This document shows, in pieces, positions 51,212-60,695 of a stretch of 64,000 bases of DNA. Origin of the DNA: an uncultured virus (IMG/VR IMGVR_UViG_2663763079_000004) (taxonomy: Duplodnaviria; Heunggongvirae; Uroviricota; Caudoviricetes). The stretch lies in IMG/VR virus record IMGVR_UViG_2663763079_000004, positions 1 to 64,000 of that record; one strand, written 5' to 3'. Every line of letters starts with the position of its first letter. Within the stretch, counting starts at the first letter, position 1. The translations under genes were made by a program, and so were the position numbers. The notes under the pieces were generated by a model. That model did no database searches, had not been told where the DNA came from, and saw only the letters and a program-made list of their open reading frames with translations.

Positions 51212-52636
51212 ATGGCGATGTATGAAGTCGGCACCGTCACGGGCGCAGCATCTCAGGCGCGGGTGACAGGAGCGACAACAAAGTGGGCACAGGTGGCGCT
51301 GGGGATACAGCCGGGGTCGATTCTGGTGGTCTACCGCAGCGGTAGTGCTGACCTGTATGCGATCAAATCCGTGGACAGTGACACGCAGCTGACGCTGACC
51401 CGGAATATCACCACCGCATTTTCCGGCGCCAGTTACGGCATTATTACCGCTGAAACCGCCAGTACCTCGTCGTTTGCTAACCAGCTGGCCAGCGCATTTG
51501 CATTCTGGCGTAGTGTGGTGGAGGGCTGGTCGATGGCCCTGACCGGCAGCGGCAATATCACCCTGACTGACCCGATCACAGGAAAGCAGGTAACCGTGCC
51601 GGCGATAGGCGGGATGGCGAAGGCATCGGATCTTAACGCGCTGGCAAAACTCACCGGAGGAAACAAACTCGACGGCTCGCAGGTTATAACCAGCGATAAT
51701 GCCGGTTTTATTCTCGGTAAGAACTCAGATCTGGCTCTGCTCAAAAAACAGGGGCAAGGCGGGACAATTGCCGTTGGCTCGGGAACACCGTTCAGAGTTC
51801 AGCGTTCAAGAGCGACCACTGTGTCACCGTCAGATACCTTTGATGACATCCTCGTTATTGGGACCGATAACCAGACGACTTTGCCCGGTGGGTTATCAGC
51901 TGGCGGCAACATCGATAACACGTCAAAGGGGAAGGTTCTGACGCAGGCGATCGAGCTGTCAATGAGCACGCCTTACATTGACTTCCACTACAACGGCAGC
52001 AGTGCGGATTATACCGCTCGCCTTATCCACGACAGGCAGAACCGCCTGAACGCGCAGGTACAAAGTTTTTGGGTAACGGACGGGAGGATCACAGCATCAT
52101 CGACCATGCCAGCCAACCCAGCCATCGGAACGCAACTGACCTCCAATCCGGTACGCTCATTGATGGCAGGGCGAGGAGCGTATGGTGACGTGGATGGCGC
52201 TTACGTCCAAATGTACATGGAGGAGCAGGTAGGCACCGAACACCGACTTGTTCTGTACGCTGACGGATTCGGGCGAACCGATGCATGGATTTTCCGGGCT
52301 GGCGGCACGATCTCCACCGGTAAGGGTGACGTCCTGACCACCGGCTCAGATGTCCGGCTGAAAGATGCGTTCATGGAGCCTCAAGAAGGGGCCTGCAGGC
52401 GCATTAACTCGCTGGGAGTATGCGAGTTCAATATGAAAGGCGAAACGCGCCGGAGGCGTGGCTTTATCGCCCAGCAGGCTGAAAAAGTTGACGACTTGTA
52501 TACCTTCCTCGGCATCGAGCAGGAGATCGATGGTGAAAAATTCAGAGTGATGAATGTGGATTACACGGCAATCATTGCCGATTTGGTGACCGTGGTACAG
52601 GATTTGATTAGGCGAGTTGACGCACTAGAAAGTTGA
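51212..52636 (+). CDS. Side tail fibre with C-terminal S74 intramolecular chaperone
   Basis: PYIDFH..DYTARL fibre motif; GSDVRLK cleavage motif; GFIAQ. Confidence 0.85.
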   Translation: MAMYEVGTVTGAASQARVTGATTKWAQVALGIQPGSILVVYRSGSADLYAIKSVDSDTQLTLTRNITTAFSGASYGIITAETASTSSFANQLASAFAFWRSVVEGWSMALTGSGNITLTDPITGKQVTVPAIGGMAKASDLNALAKLTGGNKLDGSQVITSDNAGFILGKNSDLALLKKQGQGGTIAVGSGTPFRVQRSRATTVSPSDTFDDILVIGTDNQTTLPGGLSAGGNIDNTSKGKVLTQAIELSMSTPYIDFHYNGSSADYTARLIHDRQNRLNAQVQSFWVTDGRITASSTMPANPAIGTQLTSNPVRSLMAGRGAYGDVDGAYVQMYMEEQVGTEHRLVLYADGFGRTDAWIFRAGGTISTGKGDVLTTGSDVRLKDAFMEPQEGACRRINSLGVCEFNMKGETRRRRGFIAQQAEKVDDLYTFLGIEQEIDGEKFRVMNVDYTAIIADLVTVVQDLIRRVDALES

Positions 52637-53058
52637 GGAGCATAAAAAATCCCCCGGAGGCACTTGCCGGGGGCAACTGAAACGACATTAATTGCTGTGT
52701 ACATCACAGAATAATTTGCAGTAAACGATAAGTAAGTTCAAGTAAAGTTTTACTGGTCAGATGTTGTGTTATTTTTTAATAACCTACCAAAATTAATAAT
52801 GAAGTAGTGCTAAATTCTGCTGGGAATTAATTTTTAAGGATATAGCCCTAAAATATTGCTGTGCATCAGATATAAATCGTGAGAATAGGTTCAAAAAAAT
52901 GGATGCCAAATGTTATTATTGAGACGTTTATCATTAATTGAAGTGCAATCTTGTAATTTTCACATTCGTGTTATAACTTTGTAATGCAGGAAGGTTTTAT
53001 CTTGTTATTTAGTGGGTTGACGTGATGGCAGTTCTTAGTGATTTATAATAGGCTTTCT

Positions 53059-54117
53059 ATGTTGACAAATTTCCCGGATGAGAAGTACATATCTGATAGA
53101 AATACATCGTTCATTAAGCGAGTATATTTTTTACGTCAGATTGGTGTCGTTCTTTGCTTTATTCCTATATATTCAGTCCTCCAGGAACAGTCACATCAAA
53201 AAATAACAACAGCCTTGTTAATTCTGAATGCACTCATCTGGCCATCGGTTGCTTATCTTGCAAGCATGATGTCGAAGGATATGCTGAGTACTGAAAAGAA
53301 GAATATGATACTTGATTCATTCTGGGCTGGAATCTGGATAGCCGTAATGCAAGTTAGTCCAATTCCATCATTATTCATAATCTCAGTTCAAATAGCTGAT
53401 CGCTATGCTGCTGGTGGATGGAAAATTTTAAAACCAGCATTAATGTGGATGATGATTAGTTTCCTGACAGTTTGGTTAGTAAATGATTTCAGATATACGA
53501 TAGAATTCAGTACCCGAACGGTATTGCTTTCTTTACCCTTGGCGACCTGTTATCCCATATTACTGAGTATTGTTTCAAGGCACTTATCTATAAAGTTGAG
53601 GAAAAGAAGGGAGTTACTGGAAAAACAGGCTCTGATGGATCCTGGCTTAGATCTGCCAAATCGCCGTTTTTTTGAGCAGAAAATGGAAAGTGCTTTTCGT
53701 GCGACACGTAAAAAGAGAACGCATTCTTATCTTATGCTCATTGATGTTGATAATTTTAAAAAAATTAATGATACCTATGGGCATGAAGTAGGTGATGCGG
53801 TGTTATCTCGTATATCATCAATATTACGAGACTGCGCTGGCGAGAAGGACGTACCAGCAAGATTTGGTGGCGATGAGTTGGCTATTATTGTTAACAATAG
53901 TAATAATAAGCTTGTTATAGCTATGGTTCATATAATTCAGAAAAAAATTAAAGATCTTTCATTATCTTCTCACAAAGATATTTACTGTACTGTCAGTATT
54001 GGTATTTCTTGCGCAGAAAATAAAGAATCAATCATCGAGTGGATCAAAGAGGCTGATGAAATGCTATATGAAGTTAAACGTAACGGGAAGAATGGATATT
54101 GCATGCCGAATAATTGA
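53059..54117 (+). CDS. Membrane-bound diguanylate cyclase (MASE2-like + GGDEF, AdrA/DgcC-like); start may be 53038
   Basis: Several TM helices; DVDNFKKINDTYGHEVGD; RFGGDEL. Confidence 0.9.
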   Translation: MLTNFPDEKYISDRNTSFIKRVYFLRQIGVVLCFIPIYSVLQEQSHQKITTALLILNALIWPSVAYLASMMSKDMLSTEKKNMILDSFWAGIWIAVMQVSPIPSLFIISVQIADRYAAGGWKILKPALMWMMISFLTVWLVNDFRYTIEFSTRTVLLSLPLATCYPILLSIVSRHLSIKLRKRRELLEKQALMDPGLDLPNRRFFEQKMESAFRATRKKRTHSYLMLIDVDNFKKINDTYGHEVGDAVLSRISSILRDCAGEKDVPARFGGDELAIIVNNSNNKLVIAMVHIIQKKIKDLSLSSHKDIYCTVSIGISCAENKESIIEWIKEADEMLYEVKRNGKNGYCMPNN

Positions 54118-54473
54118 AGATGATATGATTTCTTTTCTCATGAGTTTATGCTTATAAATTTTAAAGATAGTTTATGATCGGCATTACCAATACGGATAAA
54201 TTTATTCGGAACCACAGACACCATCTCAACTAACGTTTGATACCTGCCACCAAATTAGTGGCACCACTTAACTGTATGATTTTATTATAATTAATGACGG
54301 TCTCGTGTTAATTGCTTTTCCCTTTTGAGTCATTTGATTTGAATAATCGATCAATTTATGAAATGTGATAGGTTTCGCCTATTGTTCGATCGTTATCGAT
54401 CATTTTAAACTATTTCTCTTTCATTATTAATTATGACACGATTAGGATTATTCTTGGTTCCGGTGTTTTTTTA

Positions 54474-55166
54474 ATGATAAAGAACAGTGTGGAAATAGAT
54501 TTCTGTAGATTTGTTTTAGAACCATCTTTTAAAAAAGATGGTTCTATTCATTCTTGGGAAATTCTCACGAAAAATGTTAAAAAAAAGCATTGCAATGATT
54601 ATCTTGCTAATGAAGTTGGTTTTTGTTTCACTTCATTAAGCGATAAAGAAAAAATCGATGTGTTTAAGAAACAGATATTGACAATTGAAAGACTTGATAC
54701 ATCAAAATTGAAGTCCAAGCCAGTTTCGTTGAATGTTGATAGTCTTATTAGCGATTGTATTTTGAACGATAAATATATTGGTGATTACTTAAAAAACCAA
54801 AAAAACATTGCTTTTGAGATTAACGAGCATTTTCATGAATTCAATACTAAATGCTCTATGGTTGACTTAAAGTGTCTTTCAAAATTGTGTCCAGTATGGC
54901 TGGATGATTTTGGGAGCGGCTTAACAAGCTTAACAATTATAGATATGTTTAATTTTGAATGTATAAAAATTGATAAAGATTATTTCTGGGAAATACAGAG
55001 TGAGAGCGAATTCTTTAAAGTAATAAATAAAGTAAAATCATACTGCAATTTCGTGATTGTTGAGGGAGTTGAGACAATAGAACAAAAAAATAAAGTACAT
55101 TCTGTTGTTGATTGCGCTTGCCAGGGAAGGTTGTGGATGAGTGATTACTATTATATTGAGATTTAA
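54474..55166 (+). CDS. Stand-alone EAL phosphodiesterase (PdeH/YhjH-like)
   Basis: EIL, SLN, FEINE, DDFGSG, IKIDK, VEGVE, QG motifs. Confidence 0.88.
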   Translation: MIKNSVEIDFCRFVLEPSFKKDGSIHSWEILTKNVKKKHCNDYLANEVGFCFTSLSDKEKIDVFKKQILTIERLDTSKLKSKPVSLNVDSLISDCILNDKYIGDYLKNQKNIAFEINEHFHEFNTKCSMVDLKCLSKLCPVWLDDFGSGLTSLTIIDMFNFECIKIDKDYFWEIQSESEFFKVINKVKSYCNFVIVEGVETIEQKNKVHSVVDCACQGRLWMSDYYYIEI

Positions 55167-55171
55167 AATAA

Positions 55172-55495
55172 ATGACAATAAAAGATGATAAATGTCCATT
55201 TTGTGGTGCAAATTTAATTAATGAGGACCGCTGCCACAGTTGCCATGCCTTTAAGATTAAAGGTTATGTATCAAGAGACGCACGCAAGACAATTAATTTG
55301 ATATCTATCTGCACATCTTTACTGGTAGCATTCTTTGGGATCTTGGTTATGTTTCTGGTATCTTTCGGTATCGGGACGTATATTGCTATCATTGCGTTTT
55401 CGCTTATTTTATATTTCATTATGAAAAGGATTCTGTATATAAAAGAAGAAAAAAAAGGGAAGATGGTATGGAAAAGAGCAATCATTACATGGTAG
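55172..55495 (+). CDS. Zinc-ribbon + two-TM membrane protein
   Basis: CPFCG..CHSC then two hydrophobic helices; 5 bp after EAL stop. Confidence 0.75.
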   Translation: MTIKDDKCPFCGANLINEDRCHSCHAFKIKGYVSRDARKTINLISICTSLLVAFFGILVMFLVSFGIGTYIAIIAFSLILYFIMKRILYIKEEKKGKMVWKRAIITW

Positions 55496-55804
55496 GTAGT
55501 AATTAAATAATATAATGGTGCTGCTGGTTCCAATGCAAGCCTCGGATTTCGAGGCTTTTTTATTTTCTTTTCAAATGATGAGTTATAACACCGGAAATAT
55601 TTAACCCGACTCACAGGGAGTGAGTATTATTGGCTAATAATTCACTATCCAGATGAGCTGAAAGACTCAAAGCTGGTTATCAAAACTAAAAATATACTAA
55701 TGAATTTCAATAGGTTAGAGATTAGACTAAAAACATTAACCACGCATCAAAAACACCTATTTTCCTTTTTTAATCAATAAGTAATGACGTTATTAGTTAA
55801 CTAC

Positions 55805-55968
55805 TGCTGCGCCATATGCAGTGGTTCGAAGCCGCAGACCTGATCGTCAAAGGCATGGAAGGCGCTATCGCCGCCAAGACCGTGACCTATGACTTCGAAC
55901 GTCTGATGGAAGGCGCTAAACTGCTGAAATGTTCAGAGTTTGGCGACGCGATTATCGCGAACATGTAA
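55805..55968 (+). other. icd: Duplicated icd 3' end; att junction between prophages
   Basis: Translates [53 protein letters not shown], the Icd C-terminus, with no upstream icd sequence. Confidence 0.93.
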
Positions 55969-55991
55969 TCCCGTTGGTGGATTAAGTAAGA

Positions 55992-56020
55992 GCGGGAGCC
56001 GATGGGCTCCCGTTTTTTTT
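55992..56020 (+). terminator. Intrinsic terminator after icd fragment
   Basis: CGGGAGCC-GATG-GGCTCCCG followed by T8. Confidence 0.85.
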
Positions 56021-56034
56021 GAAGTTTGCGGATG

Positions 56035-56069
56035 CTTCCCCAAAACTTCCCCAAAATTCTTCCCCAAAA
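56035..56069. repeat. Three CTTCCCCAAAA repeats, probable integrase arm-type sites
   Basis: Copies at 56035, 56046 and 56059 between att core and int stop. Confidence 0.7.
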
Positions 56070-56080
56070 CTGATTGAAGA

Positions 56081-57223
56081 TCATACTGCTTTTTTACCAA
56101 CAACGATCCACTCTTTGCCGCGGTCATCATTGTATCTGTCAGTCATTTTCATTGTTTTGTGGCCCAATAGTTTCTGAGTGTCTATTCCTTGCTCACGATA
56201 CAAGCGCTCTGAAAGAGACCTCTGTTCATGGAAAGTCGGTGCTGTTCCTTCTTCCCAGGTAAGACCGCTTTTATCCCGTGCTTTCTTGAACGTTGAAGTA
56301 AGTGTTTTGGCTGACACTTGGTCACCACGACTGGCCTGTGAGGTGCTATGGCGAAAATGAACAAGATATTTACTCACCACAGCATCTCTACATTTTGAAA
56401 TAACATCACTCAGAGTAATATTTAACGCTTCATTTCTGAGAGAAAGGGGAATGGCTAAACGAGTTCCTGTTTTCTCCTGCTCAATATGCAGCATATCATC
56501 CCATACATCCGAAAACTTCATATTGCAAATATCCCCAAGGCGTTGCCCTGTTACAATGGCAAGCAACATTCCACATTGCAAATAAGGTTGTTGTTGTTCG
56601 GCGGATGTATAAATAGCCTCCCATTCCTCCAGAGATAGCCTTTGTCTGCTTATCTTATTTCGTGGCTGTTTCGTTGCTTGGGCAGGGTTGTATCCTGGAG
56701 GAACGTGACCAGCATGTTGAGCCTCTTTAAAAACATCTATTAGTACCATGCGTACAACTTGAGCCATCCTGTTATGACCCTCAGCCTTAACAGCATCTGT
56801 TATTTCGGAAATATCAAGTGCTGTTATATCTTTTAGATATTGCATACCACAATGCTCACGAAAAAGACGGATTGGTTTAGCTTTCTGTCGAAAAGAGTTT
56901 GGGCGCAGTTCGTTGTGTTTCAATCTTTCCTCCTGCACCAATTCATATTTGTCGAGCCATGAAGAAACTGTAATATCCGTGCGGTTTCCTTTCATGCGAG
57001 CCAGACGCTCGTTAATACCAAGGATCTGCCTGGTGCGCTGCTCTGCAATAATCGTATTTGCTTCACTTGCCACCTGCTTTGCTTCAGCTTCGTCCGTGCC
57101 GAGGCTATGAAAACGACCAGAGATAGGGTGTTTGTATTGCCAGTAAACCTTTCCGGTACGTTTATCAAGTTTGCAATATAGGTTTGGAATAGTGATTTTA
57201 TGGGTACGCGGTTTAGCTGCCAT
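56081..57223 (-). CDS. int: Tyrosine integrase, homolog of 1-1128
   Basis: TGQR, HEQR, LGH, TDRYND; aligns end to end with the first integrase. Confidence 0.95.
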   Translation of the reverse strand: MAAKPRTHKITIPNLYCKLDKRTGKVYWQYKHPISGRFHSLGTDEAEAKQVASEANTIIAEQRTRQILGINERLARMKGNRTDITVSSWLDKYELVQEERLKHNELRPNSFRQKAKPIRLFREHCGMQYLKDITALDISEITDAVKAEGHNRMAQVVRMVLIDVFKEAQHAGHVPPGYNPAQATKQPRNKISRQRLSLEEWEAIYTSAEQQQPYLQCGMLLAIVTGQRLGDICNMKFSDVWDDMLHIEQEKTGTRLAIPLSLRNEALNITLSDVISKCRDAVVSKYLVHFRHSTSQASRGDQVSAKTLTSTFKKARDKSGLTWEEGTAPTFHEQRSLSERLYREQGIDTQKLLGHKTMKMTDRYNDDRGKEWIVVGKKAV

Positions 57224-57449
57224 CGCTAATTATCCGTCTCAGTTTTGGGTTAACATGTATTGGAAGTTGAGGTTCAGCAACTACACCTATAAAACGAGCT
57301 TCTTTGTCAACCATCCAGCGCCGCCCGACTCTCATCGGTGGTGGTGCTATCATCTGACCTTTAGCGTATTTTTTTAATACTCGCTCGCTAGGGGCTTCAC
57401 TGCCGAATTCATCTTTCGCCCATTCGAGTAAAGAGACCATACGTGACAT
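57213..57449 (-). CDS. xis: Excisionase
   Basis: MSRMVSLLEW..PPPMRVGRRWMV; GGAG RBS. Confidence 0.88.
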   Translation of the reverse strand: MSRMVSLLEWAKDEFGSEAPSERVLKKYAKGQMIAPPPMRVGRRWMVDKEARFIGVVAEPQLPIHVNPKLRRIISDGS

Positions 57450-57477
57450 TTCTTCTCCATATACCGGCTGCACCCGG

Positions 57478-57750
57478 TTATCGAACGTTATAAGCACATG
57501 ACGAGCAACCACCACGGATCCCGTCATTACATCTTCTGCATAGCTGGTGGTCTCGATCATCCTTATCTGTTTCGTAAATCTTCAGTTTGGCAATCACCGT
57601 TTTAGATACTGGGAGAATCTGTTTGCGAAGGTTTGCAACTTCATCGGCTAATTCCATAAGACGTCAATGAAGGTCCTTTGCTTCATCCTTATACCAGGCT
57701 AAATCATCCCGCATACGCCTCCATCGCCGGCGCTTTAATTTACTTGGCAT
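57478..57750 (-). pseudogene. Eaa-like gene with nonsense codon 29
   Basis: MPSKLKRRRWRRMRDDLAWYKDEAKDLH*RLMELADE...CRRC...CSSC; TGA at 57664-57666. Confidence 0.7.
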
Positions 57751-57859
57751 CAGTCATCATCCTCATCTTCGTCGTCATCGCAGGATGCGAGCAATGGATT
57801 CATTCGCCGCCCTCTGCAGTAGTCTTCATACGCTGCGCCAGTTCGGTGATATCAGTCAT
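57750..57859 (-). pseudogene. Deletion-fusion remnant (Ead/Ea22-like start plus acidic tail of another gene)
   Basis: MTDITELAQRMKTTAE joined out of frame to RRMNPLLASCDDDEDEDDD*. Confidence 0.55.
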
Positions 57860-58125
57860 TCTGTATCCTCCGGACTAATTAGCTCGGCAATCTGTGCCAG
57901 CGTGTCTTCGCTTTCACCTACCGGCTTATCCATCCAGTCAAACGAAATCAATTTGCCGCCCTCGATAACTCCGATGTTGAAATCGTCGCTTTCACGCAGC
58001 TTAAATCCGTGCCTGATAGCCTTATCGCGCTTATCAAATTTGACGCAGTCAGAGGTGTATTCAATGCCTCCGCCAGTTTCGTTGCACCACAGGTATTGCA
58101 GAATCACTATGTATGACTTGCTCAT
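57856..58125 (-). CDS. Hypothetical phage protein
   Basis: 89 aa, ATGA-coupled on both sides. Confidence 0.65.
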   Translation of the reverse strand: MSKSYIVILQYLWCNETGGGIEYTSDCVKFDKRDKAIRHGFKLRESDDFNIGVIEGGKLISFDWMDKPVGESEDTLAQIAELISPEDTE

Positions 58126-58586
58126 TTGTCGGCCCCCTCGCGCATCTGGTGGCGAATATAGGCCGCGTAGCTTTCGGCTCGTTCTGCGGTGAGGTTGTAG
58201 CTGCATTTCATGTTTACAGAGCAGCCATCCTTATTGGCAAAACCGCGGTAAGTTGACGCCATTTCCTCCACCCCATCAGCCTTAATCCCGGCATAGATGC
58301 GATCGGTGGCTGGGACCGGGTTTTCAGCATTAACATCGCGGGAAACGTACATGTTGATTTCTGAAACATAATCCAGCGGCACACCCGCGAACATGGTTCC
58401 TTCGCCTTCAGAGAAGTATTCAACGTGGTTGTCGCTTATGTCGGTCAACAAGCGAATCATCGACATGTTCTCCGCAGCCAGCTGCACATATGCTTTAGCC
58501 AGCTTCAGGAACTTCTGCTCTCTGATCGACAGCTCGCCTGCCGACTCCAGGGAAGCGATGAGCTCGTTTACTGTTTCGATGTTCAT
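58122..58586 (-). CDS. Ea/Ead-region hypothetical protein
   Basis: MNIETVNELIASLESAGELSIRE N-terminal module; coupled. Confidence 0.7.
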   Translation of the reverse strand: MNIETVNELIASLESAGELSIREQKFLKLAKAYVQLAAENMSMIRLLTDISDNHVEYFSEGEGTMFAGVPLDYVSEINMYVSRDVNAENPVPATDRIYAGIKADGVEEMASTYRGFANKDGCSVNMKCSYNLTAERAESYAAYIRHQMREGADK

Positions 58587-58717
58587 GCTGTCACCCATTC
58601 AATAACCATGCAGATCCCCCAGGTCACGACGAAAACAGCGACCCAACCGGCAATTTCGATCACAGCTGCGAACCAGAGCAGGGCGCGCCGGCTGTAATTT
58701 TCAGGTTCAAAGTTCAT
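58583..58717 (-). CDS. 44-aa membrane peptide
   Basis: MNFEPENYSRRALLWFAAVIEIAGWVAVFVVTWGICMVIEWVTA; ATGA overlaps. Confidence 0.6.
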   Translation of the reverse strand: MNFEPENYSRRALLWFAAVIEIAGWVAVFVVTWGICMVIEWVTA

Positions 58718-59499
58718 TGCGCCTCCCCAAGCACCCAGCGCAGAGCCTCGGCATATTCGCCGCTGGCATCTTCGAGGGCTTTTGCAATTTCCTTGCGCGA
58801 TTTGATACGCGGCTTTGCTTCACCGAGTATCTGACGTTGCCGACGGGCTTTTTCGTGGCCTTTGGTACCAGCGGTCGCCAGCTCGATTTCTGCCACTTTT
58901 GTCCGCTGTTCTTCAGGTGGGAGCGCACCAAGCTGACGCGCCTGGGTAACGGTGACAGTTCCGGACTCCACTGCATCCCGAACAGCCTGGGTGGCATCCA
59001 GCAATGACAGCGTTGCGCGTACGGTCTGGACACTCACGCCAAACATCAGCGCTAAATCGTCCTCGTCGTGGCCGCGCTCCAGCGCATCAGCCATTTTCTT
59101 TGCTCGGCCCAGCGGTGTATCTGCCTGGCGGATTTCGTTAGCACTTACCATCGCCTGCGCCATGCGAATGGCGGAGCCACGTTTAGCGACTGCCGGAACC
59201 AGTAACGGTTCTTTGCCTTCTTTCGTCAGACGCTTGTTAGCTTCCAGTGTATGGCGCACACGCTGGCGGCCATCAACCACACAAGACAGCCCTGTCTCCG
59301 GGTCTTTCCAGACGATAATCGGCTCAAGAACGCCCTGGTCCATGATGTTCAGCACCATTGCCTCGCTGATAGGCAGGTGGATGCGCTCATCGTAAAGCGG
59401 GTGCGTTTTGTCGATAACCAGGTGCAGTTTTTCAGGTTCAAACGCTAAAACGTTCGTTTTGCCGCTGGCGCCGTATACAACCTTTGAGTCTTTAGCCAT
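58714..59499 (-). CDS. ParB/Srx-domain protein
   Basis: GVLEPIIV..VDGRQRVR..ANEIR plus HTH. Confidence 0.82.
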   Translation of the reverse strand: MAKDSKVVYGASGKTNVLAFEPEKLHLVIDKTHPLYDERIHLPISEAMVLNIMDQGVLEPIIVWKDPETGLSCVVDGRQRVRHTLEANKRLTKEGKEPLLVPAVAKRGSAIRMAQAMVSANEIRQADTPLGRAKKMADALERGHDEDDLALMFGVSVQTVRATLSLLDATQAVRDAVESGTVTVTQARQLGALPPEEQRTKVAEIELATAGTKGHEKARRQRQILGEAKPRIKSRKEIAKALEDASGEYAEALRWVLGEAQ

Positions 59500-59692
59500 G
59501 GTTATTAACCCCATTCAGGCCTGCCAACACTGCAGCCTGTGCTGTGTTTTGGTCCATTGCTTCGGTAAGGGCGATGAACGTTACATCCAGCCGTGAAGCG
59601 ATATTGCGCATTAACTCTGCTTTTTCCGGTGGTAGATCGGGTGCCGCAGCGTAAGCTGCAGCGACCAGTTCTTTAACTTTCATATGTGCCAT
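59492..59692 (-). CDS. Hypothetical phage protein
   Basis: 66 aa, coupled. Confidence 0.6.
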   Translation of the reverse strand: MAHMKVKELVAAAYAAAPDLPPEKAELMRNIASRLDVTFIALTEAMDQNTAQAAVLAGLNGVNNHG

Positions 59693-60219
59693 TAGCGCCG
59701 CTCCATCAACTGGTGGAAGCGGTTCATGAACATCCCATAGGCCTGGCCTGGGCGAACCGGATTAATAACGAATTGATCCGTCGGAATAATGCCTTCGAGC
59801 ATGGGCCAGACAGTGCCGTCGTCGATCTCAAAGTCGCGACGTTCGCTGGCCAACATCACCAGGTCGGCATATTTAACGGTCGGGTGCTGCTCAGCCGGCA
59901 GGCCGAATTTCTGACGTATTGCAGCATCAACCCGAATCTCCATTGCGCGATAGTCAGGTAAGAGGTGCTTAAGCGGAGCCGGAATATCCTGCAGGTAAGC
60001 CTCGGCAGCATCGTGGAGAAGTGCCTCAAGTGCGAACTCCTGTGGTACGAGCCGGCTGGATAAAACGCTGTGCTGTCCAACGCTGTAGAACTCTGGCAGG
60101 TGGCCAGCAAATCGGCAGATATGCGAGAGGGCGGTGGCAATATCCTCGATCTCGATCGCGTCTTGCTGGATATCGAGATAATTAAAATGTTTGCCTGAAA
60201 TGGTTTGTATAAATCTCAT
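59692..60219 (-). CDS. HD-domain 5'-deoxynucleotidase-like (YfdR-like)
   Basis: CRFAGH..YSVGQHS..LLHDAAEAY..D. Confidence 0.85.
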   Translation of the reverse strand: MRFIQTISGKHFNYLDIQQDAIEIEDIATALSHICRFAGHLPEFYSVGQHSVLSSRLVPQEFALEALLHDAAEAYLQDIPAPLKHLLPDYRAMEIRVDAAIRQKFGLPAEQHPTVKYADLVMLASERRDFEIDDGTVWPMLEGIIPTDQFVINPVRPGQAYGMFMNRFHQLMERR

Positions 60220-60410
60220 TTTTTCTCCATAAACCAAATATCGCCTTGCTAGTTGCGTTTATTTGTGAATGCGGTATAATCCGCGCACGGATCATTCCAA
60301 ATCAACTCTGGTTGTTTGGCGTGAATTTGCTCTCTATTTCAGTAGCTGCATTAGCGTTGGTAGCCGATATTGTGACTATCTATCCGTTTATCGCATTAGG
60401 AGAAACCGCT

Positions 60411-60494
60411 ATGACTGCAACTGTTTTCACTGAAATCTTTGTATTAGTAACTTGCGGGTGTGCGCTGCGGGCTGCAAACCTGATGCAAAGCTGA
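60411..60494 (+). CDS. 27-aa hydrophobic peptide in a stand-alone antisense unit
   Basis: TTGCGT..TATAAT (60253-60280), AGGAG RBS, terminator 60566-60594. Confidence 0.45.
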   Translation: MTATVFTEIFVLVTCGCALRAANLMQS

Positions 60495-60695
60495 ATTTGA
60501 GACTAGTTTCTGCCATCCGAACCATACTCTTCGATGAGATGAGTAGCTCATGCCCGCACCAATTTAAGAACCTCGCCTTTGGCGGGGTTTTTTGTTATGG
60601 CGTTATTGTGATGTTTCCATCTGCCAACTTAGTCAAAGCTGGTGGCTATCCCCGCCGCTGCGGGGATTAAAGACTGAGCCATCATGCTGGATCCA

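Larger units (their letters stand above)
1..55814. mobile_element. Lambdoid prophage 1 integrated at icd, probably defective; left boundary outside window
   Basis: Colinear int-xis-pL operon-cI-cro-replication-Q-lysis-head-tail gene order ending at an icd core TGCTGCGCCA (55805-55814). Confidence 0.93.

Noticed and set aside
38557..52636. Diversity-generating retroelement or invertase switch acting on tail fibres
   Set aside because: No reverse transcriptase, serine invertase or adenine-specific TR/VR pair seen
55805..55968. Functional icd gene
   Set aside because: Only the last ~53 codons are present, without a start
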